From IMG/VR virus record IMGVR_UViG_3300012940_000060, positions 1 to 35,139 of that record: 35,139 nucleotides of DNA; one strand, written 5' to 3'. Positions 7,704 through 18,068 of the stretch are shown here, one piece after another. Below the pieces are notes generated by a model, which searched no databases, had not been told where the DNA came from, and saw nothing but the letters and a program-made list of their open reading frames with translations. The position numbers were made by a program, and so were the translations under genes. The first letter of the stretch is position 1. Each line of letters begins with the position of its first letter. The DNA comes from a virus (Duplodnaviria > Caudoviricetes).

Positions 7704-10700
7704 CCCACCCCCGTCGTGCGTGTGCTGGATGTCTGATAGGTCGTCTTAACGCTCACGAGCGCATCGTGAGCAGCCGACCCCTTCGAGGACTTCTCGAGGA
7801 GGTCGGCGAGATCGTTGGCCGTGAGCGCATAGTTGTTGGTGACCACCGTGGTGTTCACCCGGTGGTTGGTCGCCGAGCGGTTCGGTGTCTTCGTCGGGGT
7901 CTTGGTCGGCGTCTTGCTCCCCATCCACGCGGTCGATCGCCCGTAGGTTTCGGTCCCGCCTTCGACGTCGAAGATGCCGCCGGTGGTGAGCGCCGTGATC
8001 TGATCGCGGATCGCCTTCGCCGCCGATCGGCCGGCCGAGGAGAACGAGCCGTCGGCCTTCTTGAGCGCATCGAGCTCCTCGGCGAGCTTGGTCAGCTCCT
8101 CGACCGTCAAGCGATCATTCTTCGGGTCAAGCTCCTTGAGACTCGTGACGATGTCATCGATCTTCTTTGCGGTCGACTCGTTGTCGGTGCGGTTCAGGTA
8201 GTCGCTGTACTGATCGAGGTACGTCTGCAGATCGTCGACGAGCGTGCCGGTCGACGTGATGTCGCCCTTGAGCCCGGTCGGTGCGATGTACGATCCCGGA
8301 TTCGCCTTCGCGATCGCATCCTTCTGCGCTTGCAGGCTGTCCGCGACCGACTTCACGTAGTCGCCCACCTTCTTCAGCTCTGGCACGATCTTCCCGTCGC
8401 TATCGCGGAAGTTCGTCAGTGAATCCGCCCAGGCGCTCAGCTTCGCGATCGTCGAGGAGGTCGCGGTGACACCGCCCTCGGCATTCGCCAGCGCGTCGAT
8501 CTTGTTCATCAGGTTCACGAGCGACTGCGGTGTCTTCTCGCCCTGGTAATCGTCGATGGCATCCGCAACCGTGCTCAGCGCGCTCTTGATGTCGAAGTCC
8601 TCGCTCTTCGGCGAGATGAGCTTCGCCAGGATGTCGCTGTCGATCGCCGGCGTCGTGTCCGGCTTCTTCTTGAGCTCGTCGATCACACCCTGCAGTGCGT
8701 TGGCCTGCGCCTGGATCGAGGCGACGACGTTGCCGTTCACGTCCTTGTAGTTCGCGAGCGTGCGCTGCCAGCCCTCGAGCTGGCTGATCGTCTTCTCGTT
8801 GTTCTTGAGGCTCGTCGCGCTCAGATCCTTGATGCCGTTGACGATCTCGAGGATGCTCTGTGGCGTCCAATTCCCCATATACGCGTCGAGGGTCGCGGCG
8901 ATCGACGTGAGGGTGCCGGACGATCCGGATACGCTCGGGGTAGAGGCGTAGAACGACGCCGGAACCCACGAGCCGTCCTCGGCGCGCACCAGACCACCAC
9001 TCGCATATCCCGGCACGGGCGCGAGATCGCCGATCATGCGCGATGTCTCGGCCGCGGTATACACGTACGATCCCGTCGGCAGGCCGTACACGCCGCGCGT
9101 CGACGCGAGGCCGAGCGCTCCGTCCGGCATGCGCACGAGCTCCGGTCCCTGCTCGGCGAGCTCGACGATCGGGGACTTTGCCGGGCCGCCGACGGCCTGC
9201 GCCGGCACCGTCGTCGTCGAATAGGTGATGCTGACGGTGCGGTCCGGGATGCTGTTGACCAGGGAAATCGCGTTGGACACGGCGTAGCGCAGCAAAGTCA
9301 CATCGCCCGCAATGGTCACGGTAGTGCCATACATGCCGTCAACCGCACTCTGACCGTTGTCGACGGCACCGAGCAGGATCGAGATGTCACCCCAAATCGA
9401 GACCGTGGTACCGGTCATGTCATCCACGGCTTGCTGACCGGTGTTCACCTCGGTGGTGAGGTCGGTGACATCCCCGAGGATGTCGATGGTCCGCCCCGCC
9501 ATGCCATCTACGGCATCCTGACCGTTCCCAACGGCGAACATCAGCAACGACACGTCACCCCAGATCGCGACGGTCGTTCCGGTCATGTCATCGACGGCCG
9601 TCTGCGCGTCGGTGACGGCCGTGGTCAGCGAGGAGGCGTCGCCAGAAATCGAGATAGAGACGCTCGTGGTCTCCCCCGATGTCAGGTTCGACAGAGCCGA
9701 CTCGAATCCGCTCGAATCCTCCATTTCAAATGAGAGGGTCACGCTCGCATCGTAGAGTCCCGACTTCGCATCCCACCAGAGCGTGAACATCTCGGTGCGG
9801 ACATCGTCGTATCCCGAATCCTGGAACGTGATCGTGACGGTTCCGTCGAGCCCGCCATTCTCTAGGTCCTCCGACAGGACGGTGAGACCACCCTTGAGCG
9901 CGGTATAGCCGGGCCGCTCGAACGTGATCGTGACAGTTCCGTCGAGCCCGCCATTCTCCAGGTCCTCCGACAGGACGGTGAGACCGCCCTTAAGTTCGGT
10001 ATAGCCCGGCCGCTCGAACGTGATCGTGACAGTGCTGTGTTGCGAGATCGCCTTGATGGCCTTCGTAAGCTCGTCGAACTTGGTGAGCGTGAAGTCTGCG
10101 CCAGACGTGCCAATACTGATCTTCATCGTGGTGTCGATCTCGCTCTGGGCCACGACGACCGTCTTGAGATCGTCGAGCGCCGTCCCCGTGTCCACCGATA
10201 CGGAGATTTCGATGTCCGAGAGCGAGAGCCCCGAGGTGTCCACATCGGTATCGCCCGACTGCGTGATGGAGACGCTGACTTCCACGTCCTCAAGGTCGTC
10301 GAGGGCATTCTTCACGGACGTCGCCAGTCCGATCGCCGCCTCGGCGCCGACGGTCGAGATCGTCACGGTGACATCCTCGAGGCCATCGAGCGCCGACGCC
10401 ACCGGCTCGAGATCGGAAACCGCCGTGCCGGTATCGACCGTCACGTTCACCTCAACATCGGGGATGTCGATCGACGGCATGCGGGCCGCCCCTCCCCCCT
10501 CGCCGATGTTGTCCCACGGCATGTGGACGGTGACCTGCACCTCGACATCTTCGATGCTATCGAGCGCGGACTGGACCGTCCCGATGTCCAGGCGAGCCGC
10601 GCCCGTCGACGCGCTGATGACAACGCTCTTGGTATCCGGGAGATCCTGCAGCGCGCTGGCGACGTCGTTGATCTTCGGTGTCGCGTTATCTACTGCCTCG

Positions 10701-13700
10701 ATCTGTGTGCTGATGACCGTCGGGACGCTCGGCGTGGACGTCGAGACGAACGGTCCGTCGATGCCGCTCGGATCTCGGTACGTCTCATCGCTTGCCGTGG
10801 CCGTCGCAATCGAGATCGTCACCGTCTTTGAGTCCGGGATGTTGTCGAGCGCGGAGGTGACGTCCTCTTCGCCGGTCACCTCGACGTCGACGTTGACCTC
10901 CTTCTCCTCCGGGAGCGCGTTGGTTTTGTCGGTCGCGTCGTCCAGTTCCTCGGTGCCGTTCACCGTGAAGTCCACCGAGCCGTTGATCTTGCCGTCATCG
11001 AGCAGGTCGGTGAGCGTGCGGATGGCGTCATTGAGATCCTTGACCGGATCCTTCGCCGCCTCCACCGAGCTGGTGTCGACGATGATCTCTCCCTCGGACC
11101 CGTAGCTGATCAGGCCCATGTCCTCGAGCATCGCCGCGAGTACCGGATCTGCCGCGGCCGCAGCAGCGATGGCCTTCGTCGCCATGTCGAGGCCCGTCGC
11201 GCCGAACTTGCCGGACGCAGCATCCGCGGCCATCGTCGCGAGCTCATAGGCGCGCGCGGCTTCGGACTGATCCATCCAGCCGAGCGTGGCGAGCTGGGAT
11301 CCATCCTCCGAGTTGTAGAGCTCCTCGACCCACTTCGCCTGCTTCTCGGCGATGTCGGCCAACTGCGGCGCGAGCTTGACCTGCAGCGCGTCTACGTAGT
11401 TCGCGACTTCACCGTTCAGCTGCTTCAGCGAGTTGTAGGCCTGCTGAGCGTTCGCGTAATCCGTGTCTCCCGTGAACACGCCGTGCTCACCCGAGATCAG
11501 ACCGGCGTCGAGCAGGTCGTCCATCCGCGACCAGACGCCCTCCTCGGCAATGAGCTCATCCGCCCAATCGAAGAGGCTCTGGAACTGCGACTTGATCGCT
11601 TCGGTGTTGCTCACGATCACCCGGAACGCATCGTCGAGCGCTTGCCCGCCGCGCTGGATATTCGCCGCGAGCTGCATCGCGTCATCCTCGAAGGTCCCCA
11701 TCTCAAGGACGTTCGCCAGGTTGGCGTCGATACCGGAGATCTCGGTGATGGTATCGCGGAGGTTCCCGAGGTTCTCTTCGAGCTCTTCCGCGCTTACCGA
11801 GGTGTCGTCCGCGCTCTTCTTGAAAGCGTAGGTGTTCTCGCTGAGGAGGATGATCGAGTTGGCGTACTGTTCGTCGGTGATCGTTCCCGCCTCGAATCGC
11901 GCCTTCTGCGCTTCGAGTACGGCATTCAATCGATCCCCATCGATCGAGGAGTCCTGCATCGCCGACTGGATGCGAGACATCGCGTCGCCGTACGCGCTGA
12001 GCGCGTTGTCACTCAGTTTGCCGTCAAGGTCGACCATCGCCTTCGACATCCGCTCGATGTTTACTGCGCCCTCGAAGTTGCCTGCGTTCTTCAGATCATC
12101 GACCAGCAGTGCGACCTTGTGGCGCGAGATCTCCGCCGCATCACCCATGCCCATGAGCGGGTTCTGCATCACGGTTGCCTGACCCGCGACCGTACCCATC
12201 TCCGTCTTGAGGGCGGAGAGCGCCTCGATGAAACCCTGGACGTTCGGTGTCGCACCCGTGAGGTACTGGCTGATCAACTCGTCGACACGCGCGTTCAATT
12301 GGACCGGGTTGATATCCGGCTGCTCGAAGAGCTGATAGACGCCCTCGAGTGCATTCTCGATCTCCGTGCGCTGTGTAGGCTCAATCATGAACGCGGCGTA
12401 GAAGCGCGTCATCAGATCACGGATACCACCGGTCGTGTTGGCGGACGTGATGTACTCGTCCATCCCAGTTTCGAGCGAGGCCGTGATCGACTCTGCGACG
12501 GAGCGCATTGTCTCGTCGCCGCCGTTGGCCGCCCAATCCAACGCGGCTTTCCCAATCCCGTTCTCGAAGAAGTCGAGGATCGGCTTGGTGTCGGGCGTTG
12601 CACTGATCAGAGACGCAAACGCCGAATCGAAGGCGGCGCTGCTGTCGGTGAACGCGCTATTCGTCTCATCGATGGCCGAGCGTATGCGCTTCGTCACGCG
12701 CTCCATGTTGTCGGCGAGTTCGTAGAGACCGTTCATGCGGCGATCGGCGATCACCTCGTTGTTGCGCTTCTGCGCCTCGGTGAGCTCGTCAAGCGCCTTC
12801 ACCATCTCGTGTGCTTCCTGGCGCTGGCTGTTCCAGTACGTCCAGACTCCGACGCCGGCGACAGCGAGCGCCCCCAGCACGAGGAGGAGGGGTCCGGCGG
12901 CCACGGTCACAGCACCGATCGCGATCTGGAACCCGGCGATCGCCGTGACGGCGGTCTTCAGCATCGACAAGAACCGGGCGATGCCAGTGACCTCCGTGAA
13001 CGTCGTGTTCATTGCCGCGAGCCCCGCTCGGAGTGTGCCCACGGTGGTGGCTACAGAGAGCGCGACCGCAATGAACGTGGTCAGCGCCCCGACACCGGTC
13101 TGCACTGACTGCGGCATGAGCGCAAAGACATCGGTGAACTCTGAGCCAAGATCCGCGAGCGCGGTCAAAGGCTTGACGAGATAGTCCGCCATACCGATCA
13201 GCGCGTTGTTGATGCCCTCCGAAAGTCGCTGATAGGCTCCCTCGAGCGTCTCGGTCCGCGCCGCGGCCTGCTCAGCTGCGATGTTCTGCTCCCCCATCAG
13301 GTCAATGATGGCAATGAGGGGGTCCTGTCCCATCGAGACGGCGAGGGCATACGCGTCCTGCGCCTCCGCGCCGAAGAGCGTGCTGATGGCAGCGAAGCGC
13401 TGCTCCTGCGACATCTTCGAGAGTGCATTGCTCAACTGGCCAAAGAGCGCCGGGAACCCGACGAATTGTTCATTCGTGTCGAAAGCCGCGATGCCGAGCT
13501 CGTCCATACGGATGGCGGCTTCGCTCGTTGGATCTTGGAGATTCTGAAGGCCCCGCGCGAGCGAGATGCCAGCATCAGCACCGGAGAGTCCGTAGTTCGT
13601 GAACACGGCAATCGCTGCCGACGCCTCGTCAAACCCCACACCGAGCTGCGAGACGACCGGGCCCATGTTACGCATGCCGGCGATGATGTCCTCGATGTCG

Positions 13701-15094
13701 GCGCTCGAAGAGTTCGCCGCCACCGTCAGCATGTCCGCCGCTCGGCTCGCGTCGGTCATGGCGATCGAGGCATCGACCACCGCCGGAGACCACATCGCCA
13801 TCGACTGCACCACGCCAGTCACGGCCGTATTCAGATCCGATCCGGTCGCCGCGGCGAGGTTCGCCACGGCTGGGAGCATCTTCCCGTCGAGCATCGCCGA
13901 CGCGTCGTAGCCAGCCTTCGCGAGCGCTTCGGCGACCTCGGCGATCTCACCAGCGCTGTACTGCGTATCGGCACCGATCGTCTTGATCGACGTGCTCAGA
14001 CGGCTCATGTCGGTATCGCTCACGTTGCCGAGCGCGACCTGGACATTCTTCAGCGACTGCTCGAGCGCCGCAGCATTCTGAATACCCTGCACCAGTGGCG
14101 TCAGGAAGAGCCCTGCGAGCCCCGCCCCAAGCCCGATTCGACCCAGCCCACTCATCACCGACTGCAGATGCTCCGCCGCCTCCATGACGGTCTGCAGCTG
14201 GAAGATCGTGTCGGACATATCGACGTTGGGATCGGCATCGCCGATATCCTCGATCGCTTGCCTGGTCTGCAACGCCTGTGACGTCGCCTGCTGGAGCTCT
14301 CCGAGTCCCGTGATGGTCACCGCTGCCGTCATCGTGCGCGCAGCGGACTCTCTCAGTTCTTCGACCGCGTCCATCGCCGCTTCGAGGTCGTCCTTGGTCA
14401 CACTGATGGCTATCGCCTGACCACTGGCCGCCCTGATCTCCGATGCCGCCGTTCGGGCGGACGCCCCAATGCGCTCGAGATTCGCAAGCGCGGCACCCGT
14501 GTCGACGTCAATGCGCCCTCCACTTGCCGAGCGGATCGTCACCGCTGCCGCCTGAGCTGCGGCGGCCACCTCGGAGAGCCCAGCGAGTGCGTCGGACTCG
14601 TCGAGACCGAAGACCACCCCGCCGGCCGCCTCAACGGCCGCCGCAGCCTCGGCCGCCGCTGTTCCGACGACCCCCAGCGACTCGACCGCTGGTGTCGAGT
14701 CCACATCCATCGTCGTCCCGCTCGCGGCTTCGACGGCGGCCGCGGCATCCTGGGCAGCCGGCTCGATCTGATCGAGGGCCCCGACGGCGCCCGAGGTATC
14801 GACATCGAGCGCGACTCCGCTCGCGGATGACACTGCCGCCGCGGCATCATCGGCATGAGTCGCGACGGCATCGAGCGAGCTCACAGCATCGGTCGTCTTG
14901 ATATCGACGGAGGTCTGGGAGAGACGATTGAGGTGCTGTGCTGCGACTTGGGCTCCGCGATCGATCCCGTCGAATGCGCTCGCGCTCTCGGCGCGGAAGC
15001 GATTGACCGACTGCAGGGCGTCGTTGATCCCCGAGCGGAACCCGGAAACGTTGAGTTGGAGGGTGGAGCTGATGGATCCGAGGTTGAGCGCCAT
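7700..15094 (-). CDS. Tape measure protein (~2464 aa; TP901-type core)
   Basis: Very long Ala-rich ORF; MALNLGSISSTLQLN start; core motifs TQYSAGEIAE, AADMLTVAANSS, TLFGAEA; late AxGG...ELAEQGPE motif. Start 15094 preferred over 15133. Confidence 0.93.
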   Translation of the reverse strand: MALNLGSISSTLQLNVSGFRSGINDALQSVNRFRAESASAFDGIDRGAQVAAQHLNRLSQTSVDIKTTDAVSSLDAVATHADDAAAAVSSASGVALDVDTSGAVGALDQIEPAAQDAAAAVEAASGTTMDVDSTPAVESLGVVGTAAAEAAAAVEAAGGVVFGLDESDALAGLSEVAAAAQAAAVTIRSASGGRIDVDTGAALANLERIGASARTAASEIRAASGQAIAISVTKDDLEAAMDAVEELRESAARTMTAAVTITGLGELQQATSQALQTRQAIEDIGDADPNVDMSDTIFQLQTVMEAAEHLQSVMSGLGRIGLGAGLAGLFLTPLVQGIQNAAALEQSLKNVQVALGNVSDTDMSRLSTSIKTIGADTQYSAGEIAEVAEALAKAGYDASAMLDGKMLPAVANLAAATGSDLNTAVTGVVQSMAMWSPAVVDASIAMTDASRAADMLTVAANSSSADIEDIIAGMRNMGPVVSQLGVGFDEASAAIAVFTNYGLSGADAGISLARGLQNLQDPTSEAAIRMDELGIAAFDTNEQFVGFPALFGQLSNALSKMSQEQRFAAISTLFGAEAQDAYALAVSMGQDPLIAIIDLMGEQNIAAEQAAARTETLEGAYQRLSEGINNALIGMADYLVKPLTALADLGSEFTDVFALMPQSVQTGVGALTTFIAVALSVATTVGTLRAGLAAMNTTFTEVTGIARFLSMLKTAVTAIAGFQIAIGAVTVAAGPLLLVLGALAVAGVGVWTYWNSQRQEAHEMVKALDELTEAQKRNNEVIADRRMNGLYELADNMERVTKRIRSAIDETNSAFTDSSAAFDSAFASLISATPDTKPILDFFENGIGKAALDWAANGGDETMRSVAESITASLETGMDEYITSANTTGGIRDLMTRFYAAFMIEPTQRTEIENALEGVYQLFEQPDINPVQLNARVDELISQYLTGATPNVQGFIEALSALKTEMGTVAGQATVMQNPLMGMGDAAEISRHKVALLVDDLKNAGNFEGAVNIERMSKAMVDLDGKLSDNALSAYGDAMSRIQSAMQDSSIDGDRLNAVLEAQKARFEAGTITDEQYANSIILLSENTYAFKKSADDTSVSAEELEENLGNLRDTITEISGIDANLANVLEMGTFEDDAMQLAANIQRGGQALDDAFRVIVSNTEAIKSQFQSLFDWADELIAEEGVWSRMDDLLDAGLISGEHGVFTGDTDYANAQQAYNSLKQLNGEVANYVDALQVKLAPQLADIAEKQAKWVEELYNSEDGSQLATLGWMDQSEAARAYELATMAADAASGKFGATGLDMATKAIAAAAAADPVLAAMLEDMGLISYGSEGEIIVDTSSVEAAKDPVKDLNDAIRTLTDLLDDGKINGSVDFTVNGTEELDDATDKTNALPEEKEVNVDVEVTGEEDVTSALDNIPDSKTVTISIATATASDETYRDPSGIDGPFVSTSTPSVPTVISTQIEAVDNATPKINDVASALQDLPDTKSVVISASTGAARLDIGTVQSALDSIEDVEVQVTVHMPWDNIGEGGGAARMPSIDIPDVEVNVTVDTGTAVSDLEPVASALDGLEDVTVTISTVGAEAAIGLATSVKNALDDLEDVEVSVSITQSGDTDVDTSGLSLSDIEISVSVDTGTALDDLKTVVVAQSEIDTTMKISIGTSGADFTLTKFDELTKAIKAISQHSTVTITFERPGYTELKGGLTVLSEDLENGGLDGTVTITFERPGYTALKGGLTVLSEDLENGGLDGTVTITFQDSGYDDVRTEMFTLWWDAKSGLYDASVTLSFEMEDSSGFESALSNLTSGETTSVSISISGDASSLTTAVTDAQTAVDDMTGTTVAIWGDVSLLMFAVGNGQDAVDGMAGRTIDILGDVTDLTTEVNTGQQAVDDMTGTTVSIWGDISILLGAVDNGQSAVDGMYGTTVTIAGDVTLLRYAVSNAISLVNSIPDRTVSITYSTTTVPAQAVGGPAKSPIVELAEQGPELVRMPDGALGLASTRGVYGLPTGSYVYTAAETSRMIGDLAPVPGYASGGLVRAEDGSWVPASFYASTPSVSGSSGTLTSIAATLDAYMGNWTPQSILEIVNGIKDLSATSLKNNEKTISQLEGWQRTLANYKDVNGNVVASIQAQANALQGVIDELKKKPDTTPAIDSDILAKLISPKSEDFDIKSALSTVADAIDDYQGEKTPQSLVNLMNKIDALANAEGGVTATSSTIAKLSAWADSLTNFRDSDGKIVPELKKVGDYVKSVADSLQAQKDAIAKANPGSYIAPTGLKGDITSTGTLVDDLQTYLDQYSDYLNRTDNESTAKKIDDIVTSLKELDPKNDRLTVEELTKLAEELDALKKADGSFSSAGRSAAKAIRDQITALTTGGIFDVEGGTETYGRSTAWMGSKTPTKTPTKTPNRSATNHRVNTTVVTNNYALTANDLADLLEKSSKGSAAHDALVSVKTTYQTSSTRTTGVG
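9824..10033 (-). repeat. 96-bp tandem duplication inside tape measure
   Basis: gaacgtgatcgtgac recurs at 9824, 9920 and 10016; TVTITFERPGYTxLKGGLTVLSEDLENGGLDG twice. Confidence 0.92.
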
Positions 15095-15100
15095 ATGCCC

Positions 15101-15175
15101 GCCAGACGCGCAGGAGCGCGAGGATTCGCCCATTGCTGGGCCGAAAGCCTCGCGCTCCTACCGTGCGCCTGTGGC
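15101..15175 (-). promoter_or_regulatory. Long stem-loop in the tape measure leader
   Basis: AGGAGCGCGAGG/CCTCGCGCTCCT 12-bp perfect stem, inner GCCCA-GCAA-TGGGC, outer CAGGCGC/GCGTCTG. Confidence 0.7.
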
Positions 15176-15188
15176 TATGTCGTTGTCG

Positions 15189-17999
15189 TCAGTCTAGCAC
15201 GAACGTCCCTATCGCCCCGTCATCCTGCCGCGCTCGCTCCCCGTTAAGGGCGAGCAGCCGTTCGAGGATCTCTTCGTCCGTCGTCTCGTTGGGCTCATCG
15301 TCCCATCCGTATGCCGCCCACACGGCGCGATCGAGAGCGGCGTGCGAATTCTGCAGCCAGGTCGGCCGTGCATTGTAGAGATTCGTCAACGTGCGCTTCT
15401 TGAGCTCCGCCTCGGATGCGCCCTCCGGATTGAGCCAGTTCTCACGCAGCTCGTTGAGGCGCTTCGCAGCATCCCCGATCGCGATCACGCGCGGATCATC
15501 CGTCGGCTCGCTTCCGGGAGCCCACGGCAGCGCGAACGTTTCGAAGCAGGTCGTCGGTGTATACCGCGGATCGTTACCTTTGCCGAGCCATGTTCCCATG
15601 CGTAGCGACCACACCTCATGCGCGCGAGAATGCAGCATTCCGAAGAAGTAGTCATCCTCCCGCGCGAACACGATGAGCTGTTGATCCGGTATGGACTCGA
15701 CTGATAGCCACGTGAACACTCGGTGCTTCGCCACCGTCGGAGTGACGAGCATTCGACTTAGGCCGGATACCGCCACTCGAAGTCGGGGCCGTGGCTCAGC
15801 ATGGAGCCACCATCGATCTCGATAGCTCTTGCGATTGTTTTTCGCACGCTCCGGCTCCACGTAGGTCTTGACATACTCAAACGGAAGCTCGTAGAGCGAT
15901 GCATCCTCTAGCGTCACGGACGTACCGAAGTCAATGATCCAGAGATCATTCCAGCGAGCGGTGATGGATCGACCATTGAACCACGGTTTCACCACATCTG
16001 CGTTCGATCGCCCGTTGGGATTCAGCGGAGCGGTGAGCCACAGGCGCGCCAGCGATCCCGGGATGTCAAATGGCCCCTTCTTCGACATCCCCATGAACCC
16101 TATCTCACCGTTTTCGCGAAGCATCGCCGCCTTCGTGATGTCAACAGTAGCAGTAAGGTCACTGTTGATCGTGACCACTGGCACACCATTGAGTTCGCGC
16201 TCAACCTGAGATCCATCGTCGAATCCCACAATCGAGATCCGCACGGCAGCTCCATCAAGCACCCAGGGCTCGTCTGACCAGGCCAAATAGATGTCACCAG
16301 TCTGCTTAATCCGCTTCAATACCTGACGATTCGCGCCGCCACGAATGGAATTGGTCGCCAACAGCCCGGCTCGCTGCGTCGCGTCGGTCTCGATTTGGTT
16401 CCGAGCCTTCTCGAAGAAATAGCAGCAAAGGTCGCTGAACTGCGGGAGGCGATCATCATAGATCGAGAACAACGTGTCGACGTACTCGTCTCCCAGCTCC
16501 TGCCGAATCTTGTTCCCACCCAGGAACGGCGGGTTCCCGACGATGAAGTCCGCCTCCGGCCAGACCGTCTCGCTCACCTTCCCCGCATCAAACGTCAACA
16601 GCGCATCCTGCAGCCGGATCGAGTCGAGTGTCTCCAGCACCGGCTCCGAATAGCCGAAGCCGTTCCCGAGCATCCACTGCAGATAGCCGATCCAGATCAC
16701 TACCTGCGCCAGTTCGTGTGCGTACTCGTTGATCTCCAGCCCCATCACCTGACTCGGGCGGATCGACGGGGTTCCGTATGGCAAGCCCTGCGAGGCTCCG
16801 TAAGCCAGGACTTCCTTCTCCAGCGAGAGCAGCCGTTCGAGCGCCACGTACAGGAAATTCCCGCTCCCGCACGCCGGATCGAGCACCGTCACCTGCGAGA
16901 GCTCCTCGCGGAACCCATTGAAGATCTTCAGGTACTCCGCACGTCGGTTCGATCGCCTCTGCTGGGTCGGTGCCGCATCCCACGTCGCTTTCACAGCATC
17001 AAGCTCGCCACGCACCTCATCCCAGCGTCGCCGCAACGGGGTCATGACGACGGGATCGATCACCCGCTCGATGTCCGCACGACTCGTGTAGTGTGCTCCC
17101 AGTTGCGAGCGCTTCGACGGATCGAGCGAGCGCTCGAACAGCGTTCCGAAGATCGCTGGTTCCACCGAACTCCAATCCAGCTGACTCGCCTGATACAGCG
17201 TGCCGATCTCTGCCGACGTTAGCTCCAGCACCTGCACCGTCTTGAACAACCCGCCATTGAAGTGCGGAACGCGCTCCATCGCCACGAACCCGCCCGACGC
17301 CATCGCCGTCAGCAGGTCGCCGAGCTGTGCGGAGAAGCGCGTCGGCTCACGGCGTCCGAAATCCATCACCCTGCCGAACATCTTGTTCGGCAGCAACCCG
17401 ACATCCTCTGCAAAGAGGCAGAAGAGCAGCTGCATCAGGAAGTGCGCCGTCTCGTGCGGCTGATGTCCCCGCTGGTGCAGTCCAAGCGCGAGCTCGCTGA
17501 AGCGCGCCGCCGCTTCCTCCGTCACCGCCTCCACCGATTGCCGTGGCCTCAGCGAATCGGGATCGGTGAACACACGCTTGAGAATGCGCTGACTCTCCGA
17601 CTCCGTGAACGTCTCCAACGTGATCGGGTAGACCTTCTTGGCCGTCCCCGTGAAGTTCGTGTGGATCTCGATCCGATCCATATCGGAGACGATCAGCAAC
17701 GGCGGATTGTCGAGGTCCTCGCGATACTTCGCGAGTTGCTCGTACGCCTTCTCGAGGTTCGCGTGGCGCCCCTTGTACTCCCACGCGAAATGTCCACGCT
17801 TCCAGACGTCCGCCCAGCCTTCGCCCCCACCAAGTTTCGAGGCCCCGCGCTCGAACGTATAGAACGTTCCTGCCGGATCGGCCGATGCCGGAGTCGGCTC
17901 ATTCAGCACGCGACACAGATCGAGGAAGTGCTCCTGCGAGGCAGAGCGCTCCTTCAATTGGTTGGACGTCCACTTCTCAACGAAATCGATGGGGCGCAC
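15189..17999 (-). CDS. MmeI-like (type IIL/IIG) fused restriction endonuclease / N6-adenine methyltransferase
   Basis: N-terminal D-x(9)-EYK nuclease-like motif (WADVWKRGHFAWEYK), GAHYT, motif I VLDPACGSGNFL, motif IV GNPPF, C-terminal target-recognition region with PRYT...FETF and LTNLYN; GAGGA RBS before GTG. Confidence 0.9.
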   Translation of the reverse strand: MRPIDFVEKWTSNQLKERSASQEHFLDLCRVLNEPTPASADPAGTFYTFERGASKLGGGEGWADVWKRGHFAWEYKGRHANLEKAYEQLAKYREDLDNPPLLIVSDMDRIEIHTNFTGTAKKVYPITLETFTESESQRILKRVFTDPDSLRPRQSVEAVTEEAAARFSELALGLHQRGHQPHETAHFLMQLLFCLFAEDVGLLPNKMFGRVMDFGRREPTRFSAQLGDLLTAMASGGFVAMERVPHFNGGLFKTVQVLELTSAEIGTLYQASQLDWSSVEPAIFGTLFERSLDPSKRSQLGAHYTSRADIERVIDPVVMTPLRRRWDEVRGELDAVKATWDAAPTQQRRSNRRAEYLKIFNGFREELSQVTVLDPACGSGNFLYVALERLLSLEKEVLAYGASQGLPYGTPSIRPSQVMGLEINEYAHELAQVVIWIGYLQWMLGNGFGYSEPVLETLDSIRLQDALLTFDAGKVSETVWPEADFIVGNPPFLGGNKIRQELGDEYVDTLFSIYDDRLPQFSDLCCYFFEKARNQIETDATQRAGLLATNSIRGGANRQVLKRIKQTGDIYLAWSDEPWVLDGAAVRISIVGFDDGSQVERELNGVPVVTINSDLTATVDITKAAMLRENGEIGFMGMSKKGPFDIPGSLARLWLTAPLNPNGRSNADVVKPWFNGRSITARWNDLWIIDFGTSVTLEDASLYELPFEYVKTYVEPERAKNNRKSYRDRWWLHAEPRPRLRVAVSGLSRMLVTPTVAKHRVFTWLSVESIPDQQLIVFAREDDYFFGMLHSRAHEVWSLRMGTWLGKGNDPRYTPTTCFETFALPWAPGSEPTDDPRVIAIGDAAKRLNELRENWLNPEGASEAELKKRTLTNLYNARPTWLQNSHAALDRAVWAAYGWDDEPNETTDEEILERLLALNGERARQDDGAIGTFVLD

Positions 18000-18068
18000 G
18001 GATATTCCTCACTGCTGGCGGCACGCGTCAGGAACGCGCTCGGTGACAAGAACCGGATCCTTGCGCGA

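Noticed and set aside
9824-10033. CRISPR-like array
   Set aside because: In-frame 96-bp coding tandem repeat with no unique spacers
11483-13108. Long + strand ORFs (this one, 22403..23695, 29151..30065 and others)
   Set aside because: Antisense shadows of GC-rich coding genes; Arg-rich, no motifs or RBS
15189-17999. BREX PglX or DISARM system
   Set aside because: Stand-alone gene; no companion brx/pgl/drm genes in the window
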